Virus record (IMG/VR): IMGVR_UViG_3300034071_001431 | Coordinates: 32,001-96,000 of that record | DNA from: a virus | Lineage: Duplodnaviria > Caudoviricetes | DNA length: 64,000 nt | Reading direction: 5' to 3' (one strand) | In this document: in pieces, positions 28,383 to 35,589 of the stretch | How the letters are laid out: the number at the start of each line of letters is the position of its first letter | Position numbering within the stretch: position 1 is the stretch's first letter | Position numbers and translations under genes: made by a program | Notes under the pieces: generated by a model | Database searches by the model: none | Told to the model about the DNA's origin: nothing | The model's input: the letters and a program-made list of their open reading frames with translations, nothing else

Positions 28383-28456
28383 TGGCTCCGGTGGAGGGAA
28401 TCGAACCCCCACTAGTGGTTTTGGAGACCACCGCACTGCCATTATACTACACCGGA
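28383..28456 (-). tRNA. tRNA-Trp(CCA)
   Basis: Loop CTCCAAA, GCCA. Confidence 0.9.
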
Positions 28457-28470
28457 ATATACTTAAAACT

Positions 28471-28548
28471 TGGCGACACTTACGGAATTCGAATCCGTGA
28501 TCTCTACCGTGACAGGGTAGCGCATTAAGCCAGCTATGCTAAAGTGCC
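28471..28548 (-). tRNA. tRNA-Asp(GTC)
   Basis: Loop CTGTCAC, GCCA. Confidence 0.92.
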
Positions 28549-28606
28549 AAAGAACTTCCGAGCCGACTGCAAGCAGTATTCTACGGACGGAAGCCATATT
28601 AAAAGT

Positions 28607-28681
28607 TGGGTTGACTAACCGGGTTCGAACCGGTGATGAAGGAATCACAATCCTTAGTATTACCACTATACTATAGTCAAC
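28607..28681 (-). tRNA. tRNA-His(GTG)
   Basis: G-1:C73, loop TTGTGAT. Confidence 0.9.
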
Positions 28682-28767
28682 ATTGAAACCATACAGAAAC
28701 ACACTGTGGGCGTTGCTATGCAGCATACTAAATCTAGTCTAGTTGCGAACAATGTGTTTTCTTATGG

Positions 28768-28843
28768 TGGTAGGAGAGATGGGGTACGATCCCACAACCT
28801 CGAAATTAAAAGTTTCTTGCTCTGCCAGTTGAGCTACTCTCCC
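28768..28843 (-). tRNA. tRNA-Lys(TTT)
   Basis: Loop CTTTTAA; atypical T loop ATCGTAC. Confidence 0.88.
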
Positions 28844-28955
28844 ATATATGTATAAAGATGTTTAACGTGCCTATCCTTAATCATACATGGGATTAAAGAC
28901 GACACTAAAGTTTACCTCGCTTCATGTGTTGCTCCTATTAAATTTACTACAAAAC

Positions 28956-29041
28956 TGGTGGGCAAGGATGGAATCGAACCAACTCAACCAGGGGTAACAG
29001 ATTTACAGTCTGCTGCGCCTCTCCAACTGCGCCGCTTGCCC
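28956..29041 (-). tRNA. tRNA-Tyr(GTA)
   Basis: Loop CTGTAAA, long variable arm. Confidence 0.9.
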
Positions 29042-29130
29042 ATTGTAATACCATATTGAAGCATACTATAATTCTAAGTTTAACGGCCAGAGTTAACTTG
29101 GCATTAGAAACGGTACAATATGCTTCAATA

Positions 29131-29205
29131 TGGTATCGCGTAGCGGAATCGAACCGCTCCTAGTTGGATGAAAACCAACTGTTCTAACCGATAAACTAAC
29201 GCGAT
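29131..29205 (-). tRNA. tRNA-Glu(TTC)
   Basis: Stem GTTGG/CCAAC, loop TTTTCAT. Confidence 0.88.
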
Positions 29206-29218
29206 ATTGTAAAACTAT

Positions 29219-29234
29219 AAATTGTTAAAGAGCG
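29219..29234 (-). promoter_or_regulatory. rrn-type boxA antitermination element
   Basis: CGCTCTTTAACAATTT matches the proteobacterial rrn boxA (TGCTCTTTAACA). Confidence 0.8.
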
Positions 29235-29256
29235 TATTACTTAACTTCAAGTAGCT

Positions 29257-29284
29257 ATTATACACTCTTTAATTTATTTGTCAA
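29257..29284 (-). promoter_or_regulatory. Stable-RNA-type sigma70 promoter
   Basis: TTGACA-16-TATAAT upstream of boxA and tRNA-Glu. Confidence 0.8.
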
Positions 29285-29287
29285 TCT

Positions 29288-29350
29288 TTATTTTTGTCTT
29301 GCGTAAGATGGAAAGCCGAAGCCTCCAACATCAGTATCATGTTCGTTCAT
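29288..29350 (-). CDS. 20-aa peptide MNEHDTDVGGFGFPSYARQK
   Basis: AAAGGAG RBS 8 nt before ATG. Confidence 0.45.
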   Translation of the reverse strand: MNEHDTDVGGFGFPSYARQK

Positions 29351-29375
29351 GATCGTTTCTCCTTTAGCATTTTAT

Positions 29376-29673
29376 CCGCCTGCAATTAAGTATAAATCAG
29401 CGGTTATAACTTTAATTCCTGTAAGTACTACAGGGCGGGATAGTTATGTTTCCCTACTGCGCTCTAGATTGGGGGCTTCCTTGGATACTACGCCAGTACG
29501 CTATCCTCGTTCTCGTAGGGATTAAACCCCTTCCTGCCACACCTCAGTCCACAGGACTATACTTGCCTGTGTTCAAGTTAAATTGTTCCGCAAGCTCCAT
29601 TGTACGCTTCCCTATCCTAAGCCGGACACAGGCGTCTTGCGCTTCTAATGAGGTCGCAACCCTCTCTAGGCGG
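29376..29673 (-). ncRNA. Candidate ~300-nt structured ncRNA
   Basis: Closing helix CCGCCT/AGGCGG and many internal stems; GC-rich, no credible ORF. Confidence 0.55.
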
Positions 29674-29678
29674 TTTTC

Positions 29679-29756
29679 TGGTCTCTCGTGTAGGATTCGA
29701 ACCTACGTTCTTCTTGCTCCCAAAGCAAGTGCCATACCAGACTAGGCGAACGAGAG
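29679..29756 (-). tRNA. tRNA-Pro(TGG)
   Basis: Loop TTTGGGA, ACCA. Confidence 0.92.
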
Positions 29757-29966
29757 TTAAACGCACTCATATGAATGCGTATAATAAAGTACACTAATTG
29801 CTCTCTTAAGACATAATCCACATTGCGTGGGACCTAGTTGCCGATTAATGTACTTTATTATAACAAGTATTTTCTGTTCACAAAAGAACATGCCATCCAC
29901 TTGTCCGCCCATTTGCCTTTTTAACGTGTGTGCCGCGATCTCGTTTCGCATAACACGTACTGCTTA

Positions 29967-30095
29967 CTACTTAGAAAGTTTCTTTAAAAGATTAACATTT
30001 TCTGTTAATAGTTGGGTTACCCTTTCTAATTTTTGTTCTAATACCACTATCCTTTGTTCTGGAGTCGGCTTTTGAACAGTTTCTTTTTTATCCAT
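29967..30095 (-). CDS. 42-aa coiled-coil-like protein MDKKETVQKPTPEQRIVVLEQKLERVTQLLTENVNLLKKLSK
   Basis: Hand-translated; AAGGAG RBS; first gene after the attenuator. Confidence 0.6.
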   Translation of the reverse strand: MDKKETVQKPTPEQRIVVLEQKLERVTQLLTENVNLLKKLSK

Positions 30096-30113
30096 CTCCG
30101 GCTCCTTAAAAGC

Positions 30114-30143
30114 AAAAAACCCTAGTCTTTCGAGCTAGGGTTT
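30114..30143 (-). terminator. Intrinsic terminator (attenuator 3:4 hairpin)
   Basis: CCCTAG-CTCGAAAGA-CTAGGG-TTTTTT. Confidence 0.85.
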
Positions 30144-30191
30144 AAGTAAAAATTCATTTCTGATATAAAAATAAACGTTAACTTAAACCCT
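30137..30191 (-). promoter_or_regulatory. Antiterminator helix (2:3)
   Basis: AGGGTTTAAGT (30181-30191) is the exact 11-nt complement of ACTTAAACCCT (30137-30147), which overlaps the terminator 5' arm. Confidence 0.75.
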
Positions 30192-30303
30192 CATTATGCG
30201 GTGTGCGATCATTACTGCCTAATGTCTCAATCGCTGACCAATAAGACATCGTGGCAAGTATCTGCACTGGTGATTTCTTAAATTGATTACACGTTTTAAA
30301 CAT
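30178..30303 (-). CDS. 41-aa leader peptide containing all 20 amino acids
   Basis: MFKTCNQFKKSPVQILATMSYWSAIETLGSNDRTPHNEGLS; AAGGAAG RBS. Confidence 0.7.
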   Translation of the reverse strand: MFKTCNQFKKSPVQILATMSYWSAIETLGSNDRTPHNEGLS

Positions 30304-30344
30304 TTTGCTTTCGCTTCCTTTAATTAATTTCTTATTAAGCTGCT

Positions 30345-30373
30345 ATTATATATTCTATTTATACTCTTGTCAA
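30345..30373 (-). promoter_or_regulatory. Composite promoter: sigma70 plus embedded T4-type late motif
   Basis: TTGACA-17-TATAAT with TATAAATA in the spacer (30356-30363). Confidence 0.8.
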
Positions 30374-30397
30374 GTACTTTATCTATTTATTTATCAT

Positions 30398-31132
30398 TTA
30401 TTTTTGAACCGGTGTTATATCCGGTGATTTTTTGAATCTTTGTCTAGTTTTACCGTGCATTGTATAAACACTATTGTCCGGTACATCATCTAATACCAAA
30501 CTACCAATGTATACTATAGCATTATTACCTACAGTGAGCAAGTCTTTTTTTCTACTCGGTATTAATGTACTTCTAACTCCAATGCGAACATTGTTGCCAA
30601 CTTTAACATGTGCTAAAATACTTGCGGCGCCGATAATACTATTGCGCCCTACAGTTGTATCAACTAATCTTGTGTCCCAATCAATTACACTGTAATCACC
30701 TATTACTACATCTGATCCGATACTAGCATTAGACAAAATCATAATACCTTTGCCCAATGTTAAATTACGTTTACTATGAAACCAATGCACATCTTTTGAT
30801 ATTAAGTTTACTACTGTTACACCTGCCTTGTCGAGTAACTCTAACCGTTGACGTCTAAGTGTATCTGCATCAAATTCTTGCCCTAGTGCTTGTTTACCAT
30901 CCCACCAGTTTGCCGGAAAGAAATTGTATTTTGCCCATTTATTGTTAGGTACAAGTAATTCTTCTTCTGACCCTATTACAGGAATACCGCAAATCTCAGT
31001 GGTATTACCCCAATAGTGCTTATCTAGTATTCCGATAATTTTATATCCGCTATGTTTAGCAGTTTCTATTATATCGGCTAGGTTTTGTCTACTACCAACC
31101 AATACTAATTTCTTTTTAAACAAGTTAAACAT
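30398..31132 (-). CDS. NeuD/PglD-like sugar acetyltransferase
   Basis: N-terminal Rossmann-like domain plus hexapeptide repeats. Confidence 0.8.
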   Translation of the reverse strand: MFNLFKKKLVLVGSRQNLADIIETAKHSGYKIIGILDKHYWGNTTEICGIPVIGSEEELLVPNNKWAKYNFFPANWWDGKQALGQEFDADTLRRQRLELLDKAGVTVVNLISKDVHWFHSKRNLTLGKGIMILSNASIGSDVVIGDYSVIDWDTRLVDTTVGRNSIIGAASILAHVKVGNNVRIGVRSTLIPSRKKDLLTVGNNAIVYIGSLVLDDVPDNSVYTMHGKTRQRFKKSPDITPVQK

Positions 31133-31319
31133 CGTTGATTACATCAATTCCTGCTGTATCACCTAATTCACTTACTGCTTCTACTGCGGCTTTTTTCTTT
31201 GGTGCGCCCCAGAAGTTAGTTGTTGCTGTTTCGCTTTGTACACCGCGGGCAATTTGTTTGATTTCCCCACCTGTAGCTAAGAACTCTTGCATTGCTTGTT
31301 GGTATTCTTCGTTTGTCAT
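31125..31319 (-). CDS. Small hypothetical protein
   Basis: AAGGA RBS; FLATGGEIKQI motif. Confidence 0.65.
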   Translation of the reverse strand: MTNEEYQQAMQEFLATGGEIKQIARGVQSETATTNFWGAPKKKAAVEAVSELGDTAGIDVINDV

Positions 31320-31351
31320 ATTGTTCCTTAAGTTTTAATTAGTATAGCAAA

Positions 31352-32245
31352 TTAATTGTCAGCCGTCAACTGATTTTTTATTATATAGTTGTAGAGATAA
31401 TCAGCCCAACGTTCGTGCCCTTCTTCTCGCGGATGCCAACGTTTAAATAACAACGGGTTTACATTCATTAAGTCTCGACGTTCGTTAATCATGTTATACC
31501 ATGTCTCACCAACTTCTGTTTTAAACTTATTAGTTATTAATTCGTTGCGTTCTAAAAATTTTGCAATTGACCAAACTCCCGAACCCTGCATATAACAAGG
31601 ATTTAACGGAATATCAAATAATAAATCAATCCAATGTTTAGGAGTCTGCGTTGGGTGCGATATTATAGAATTAGTAAACGCAGGGCCAGCAATACACCTA
31701 ACTGTAGGATTTTGTTTCAACACCTGATCAATTCTTTGGTAGTGCCAAGTTTCGACATCTTGCAATACATCCATTATTGATTGATTAGCAGTGTCGGCAA
31801 ATGATGTTTTATACTGAGTGATCACTCGAGTTTCGTATTCACCGTCAAGTTCCCTACCATGATCACTAAATCCCAACACTGCTATAATCTTTTTAGTCTG
31901 CGGAACTAGTTGCGGCACTAACTTTTCAAATTCACCAATGACCCAATCCCAACTGCCCCCAGGTAAGGCTATCTGTACCCAATTGGCTCCTAACTTTTGT
32001 GCTAATGAATTACCAAACACCTTAGATATTCTATAGTCAGTATCACCACAGGCCTCTGAGCGTAGCCCATTGGACACTCCAAGTTCATCTCCCCAAGTCC
32101 AACTATCACCAATGGTCAGCAATGTGACATCGGACCCAACATTGCGATTTACAGTTAAATCGACCCAGGCCCAATTGATATCAAATCTAAGATCAAATTC
32201 ATTTACCATGTAGTCAGTCCTTGTGTCCATTGCCATTGAATCCAT
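31352..32245 (-). CDS. SGNH/GDSL-hydrolase-like protein
   Basis: IGDSWTWG block I; HP...GH..WA block V; start uncertain. Confidence 0.7.
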   Translation of the reverse strand: MDSMAMDTRTDYMVNEFDLRFDINWAWVDLTVNRNVGSDVTLLTIGDSWTWGDELGVSNGLRSEACGDTDYRISKVFGNSLAQKLGANWVQIALPGGSWDWVIGEFEKLVPQLVPQTKKIIAVLGFSDHGRELDGEYETRVITQYKTSFADTANQSIMDVLQDVETWHYQRIDQVLKQNPTVRCIAGPAFTNSIISHPTQTPKHWIDLLFDIPLNPCYMQGSGVWSIAKFLERNELITNKFKTEVGETWYNMINERRDLMNVNPLLFKRWHPREEGHERWADYLYNYIIKNQLTADN

Positions 32246-33033
32246 TCGTTGGTGTATTCCTGAAGTTGTTCAATTGAATAATTTCTTAAATTATCCTTTG
32301 GAAAATTTGGTCTAATAACAACAGATATTTCTTCCGAAAGTCTATTAGAATTATCTACCATTGATGCTAACCGACGAGCTAGTAGATAATCAAGCAAGAC
32401 CCAATGATTATTCATTTGAGTTGGCCAATACGTTAACGTATTGTTAAACTTTGACATTTTAACCGAGTTAGTATAATAGAATCTATTACCTATCACATCG
32501 TTTGTAAAAGAGTTAGCCCTATTATAAAAATCACCTATCTGCGGAAATGAAATTATATCACTATCATAGATAGTCCCTATTAGGTATTCAAACTCGTTAC
32601 ACATTACCATTGCATTGTACGTTGTGCTGTGTGGTTTATACAGATCAGGGCGCAATTCCATTACCTGATCGTATACAAAATTATTATCAAATTCGTGGCG
32701 CCGTTTTAAGGTATTAGCAATTTTGGCCAAGTACGATTGATAGTAAAATGTAATATCATGCCTAGGTAATACAGCCTGATTAATTATTTTATAATTTATT
32801 AAATTTCTATCTACGAATTTAGAAGTAATCTCAGCAGGATCTACTTTGCGTGTTGAACTAATCGAATGTTCCTCTGGCCACCAAAAATCTCGAGTATCTG
32901 CCCATGTAGCAAAATAGTAATCAACCTGAAGTGCGTTATCTTCAGCAAAAGCAAAGATATAGTCTGATGCTCGGTTCCAGGATCTTAGTTCACCACATAT
33001 TAGGACTGCTAGTTTTTTAATCTTCGCCGACAT
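32203..33033 (-). CDS. Hypothetical protein, glycosyltransferase-like
   Basis: LAVLICGELR start, YD.....RPD motif. Confidence 0.5.
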   Translation of the reverse strand: MSAKIKKLAVLICGELRSWNRASDYIFAFAEDNALQVDYYFATWADTRDFWWPEEHSISSTRKVDPAEITSKFVDRNLINYKIINQAVLPRHDITFYYQSYLAKIANTLKRRHEFDNNFVYDQVMELRPDLYKPHSTTYNAMVMCNEFEYLIGTIYDSDIISFPQIGDFYNRANSFTNDVIGNRFYYTNSVKMSKFNNTLTYWPTQMNNHWVLLDYLLARRLASMVDNSNRLSEEISVVIRPNFPKDNLRNYSIEQLQEYTNEWIQWQWTQGLTTW

Positions 33034-33424
33034 AAAATTCGTATCCTAAACGATTAATTAAAAATATTATTTTTTCTGCTAATAACAATTGTGTATCATT
33101 GTCTACTTCTTTAAAATTCAGACGAGTAAAATTTACTTTGTATAAACTACCCAATACAGAAAAGACATGTGGCTTACAATAAAAGGAATCTGTATAATCA
33201 TCTGATATATAATACACCCCATTGTGGTGTAATTGTTTAACAAAAATACTATCATAATTTATAATAGGTGTATTCACTAGCAAGCACACTAGCTTCACAG
33301 GTAATTGGTCAAATAGGATTTTTTCATCCATTTGAAGTGCTAGGTCAGCTAGTTGTTTGCTTGGTGATTCCTTATCCGACTCTAACAGTGCCATCCCTGT
33401 ATCAGTTAGTAATGCTAATTTCAT
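33017..33424 (-). CDS. Hypothetical protein
   Basis: Overlapping operon ORF. Confidence 0.55.
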   Translation of the reverse strand: MKLALLTDTGMALLESDKESPSKQLADLALQMDEKILFDQLPVKLVCLLVNTPIINYDSIFVKQLHHNGVYYISDDYTDSFYCKPHVFSVLGSLYKVNFTRLNFKEVDNDTQLLLAEKIIFLINRLGYEFYVGED

Positions 33425-34419
33425 ATATGATCACCTAAATCATTACTATTTCGTTCTAAATTGATTGCTATTGCACTTGGAGCAGGATTAGTAGTAGCAT
33501 AATCATTTATTAATATCCGTTGAGAATGGTGTAGGCCTGCTAGTAATCTAAAATTACTAAATCCAATATTTTTCAACATCTGGTCTATTGCATTATAAAA
33601 TTTTTGCGGGCGAGCAGTTACAAAAATAAGTTCGACACCTTGTCCTTGTAATTCTAAAAGTTTATTACATGTTTCAGTTAATATCTCGGGTGCATCTATA
33701 TAATATGGCGGAAAGAATTCTGATTGGTTTTTAATTATTACACCATCTATATCACAAAATATAGTTTTAAAGTTGCGATTGTATTTAACAAACTTAGTTA
33801 AATTACCCAAATCAACATAATTAGTAACAGTAACAGGCATAAAGTTTTCAGCAGATAACATTTGATTTATTACATGCGAGATGTATACTTCGTGGTCAAC
33901 TGGAATTAACTGTACTGCATCAACAAACTGTTTACTACTTAAAAAGCCATATCCTCCTACACAGGCAATGTCACTGATGCGATTTTTTTCAGCAATATTA
34001 GTAACACAATCATTTTTTATATGCACATAGCTTGACATTGGGTCAGTTTGATTATCTTTAACGCATATAAAATTACCGCAAGGTAATGTGGTATTAAACA
34101 AGCTATCACAATCTTTAATGAATATAGCACGATCTGTGATATTACGTATAGCTGCAACAGCTGAATGTGCAGGGCCATTACTAGGGTTATCTAATACAGT
34201 GATTGACATATTATTGTATATATTACTAAGTGTAGCAGATACATTAAATTTTTCATCGTGCTCACGTAAAATTACAACATGGATGTAGTCAATCTGTGCG
34301 ACATATAAATCAATAACATGCTCAATCATGAATCTACCATCATACATAGTTAACCAATATTTTGGTCTATTAGTAGCATATCTAAGGCTTTTGCCTGCGG
34401 CTAGTAATACTAAATCCAT
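33421..34419 (-). CDS. Nucleotidyltransferase/GT-A domain fused to a HAD phosphatase
   Basis: LAAGKSLRY...PK, DCD; C-terminal CDIDGV, VTAR, IND. Confidence 0.8.
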   Translation of the reverse strand: MDLVLLAAGKSLRYATNRPKYWLTMYDGRFMIEHVIDLYVAQIDYIHVVILREHDEKFNVSATLSNIYNNMSITVLDNPSNGPAHSAVAAIRNITDRAIFIKDCDSLFNTTLPCGNFICVKDNQTDPMSSYVHIKNDCVTNIAEKNRISDIACVGGYGFLSSKQFVDAVQLIPVDHEVYISHVINQMLSAENFMPVTVTNYVDLGNLTKFVKYNRNFKTIFCDIDGVIIKNQSEFFPPYYIDAPEILTETCNKLLELQGQGVELIFVTARPQKFYNAIDQMLKNIGFSNFRLLAGLHHSQRILINDYATTNPAPSAIAINLERNSNDLGDHI

Positions 34420-35162
34420 AATTGATTTATCTGCATAATTAAAAAATTGCGGTCTTTCATTGATGTACAATACGGAATCACACGAAGTAACATAAAAATT
34501 AATAAAAAATTATTACTAGTATACGAATTTATATCTTTTACAGCGGAATTAATATAGTTGATCTTATCAGCCACATCACTGTGTATAGTTACGTTCCGTG
34601 TAAACCACAGACATTCAGTATCTTGTCTTATTTTAGCAGAATCAAATGCTACTGAATTAAGGTTAGTATGATTAGCATCAATAAGATAAAAATTGTCGTT
34701 CCAATAGATTATATTTTCAAGTGTTAAGTCACCGTGATATATGCCACATGGCACGTGTGTTGGTAGTTGGTCGTATAATTCGTGTAATTTAAATAAAAGC
34801 CCCGGAAGTTTGCACCGTTCTAATTGCTCAAACTTTTCTTGGATATGTAACCTAATATCTGTTACTATAGATTGTTTTTCAAATGTATGTAATATAGTTG
34901 ACAAAAACTCAATTAATTTATGTATGTCTTTGTCTTGTTGTATATAATCCGCCATACTAAGACCATCTAAATAACGCATTACTACCCGAGTAGGGCTAAT
35001 AAAATAATAGTCAGGGATTTTAATTTGCAATTTAGCAAGTGTTTGTAATACGGCGTAATCTAAGTCGAGTTGCGACCCATTGCTTTTAATTATAACTGGA
35101 ACATTATTATTAACTGTTAATTCTAATTTACATCCGGAATTACCTGTTAGTTGAATTGCCAT
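34410..35162 (-). CDS. APH/choline-kinase-like phosphotransferase
   Basis: GNSG loop, HGDLTLENI, LID; start moved to MAIQL to avoid the tRNA. Confidence 0.8.
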   Translation of the reverse strand: MAIQLTGNSGCKLELTVNNNVPVIIKSNGSQLDLDYAVLQTLAKLQIKIPDYYFISPTRVVMRYLDGLSMADYIQQDKDIHKLIEFLSTILHTFEKQSIVTDIRLHIQEKFEQLERCKLPGLLFKLHELYDQLPTHVPCGIYHGDLTLENIIYWNDNFYLIDANHTNLNSVAFDSAKIRQDTECLWFTRNVTIHSDVADKINYINSAVKDINSYTSNNFLLIFMLLRVIPYCTSMKDRNFLIMQINQLWI

Positions 35163-35180
35163 TTTTTTACCTGAAATGTT

Positions 35181-35257
35181 TGGTGGGCCTTGATGGACTT
35201 GAACCATCGACCAATGGATTATGAGTCCACTGCTCTGACCAACTGAGCTAAAGGCCC
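35181..35257 (-). tRNA. tRNA-Ile2(CAT), lysidine type
   Basis: GGGCCTTTAGCTCAG start typical of Ile2, loop CTCATAA. Confidence 0.8.
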
Positions 35258-35267
35258 TGCTAACTTA

Positions 35268-35534
35268 TTACCTGCTGGTTTTACCAACTTTATCTAAGTA
35301 TTCTTTACCGTACTTACCTGCTTCTACGTCAAGCAATGCTTGTACAACAGGAAGGTTTGCATACTTAGGTTGTGCTGTGGTTGATCCTGCATTACGTGAT
35401 GCTATTACACGACTTTTTGCAATTTCGTGGCCACGTACACTTGCAGCTAATATTAAATTAAATCGGTTACCGTCAAATGCGGCATCGCAATTATCAATAT
35501 TGTATTGTTCAACTGATGCTATTTTGTTTGCCAT
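35268..35534 (-). CDS. rpoZ: RNA polymerase omega subunit homologue
   Basis: GNRFNLILAASVRGHEI and PVVQALLDVEAGK match the omega pattern NRF.L...A..RA / P...AL.EI..G. Confidence 0.75.
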   Translation of the reverse strand: MANKIASVEQYNIDNCDAAFDGNRFNLILAASVRGHEIAKSRVIASRNAGSTTAQPKYANLPVVQALLDVEAGKYGKEYLDKVGKTSR

Positions 35535-35589
35535 GATATACCCTAAGTTGTTATTTAAAGTACTATTGTAACACGGAATTACCTAGATG

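Noticed and set aside
29376-29673. tmRNA or RNase P RNA
   Set aside because: No alanine acceptor/T-arm ends and no GAGGAAAGUCC; a CGGCTTA match is in the wrong position.
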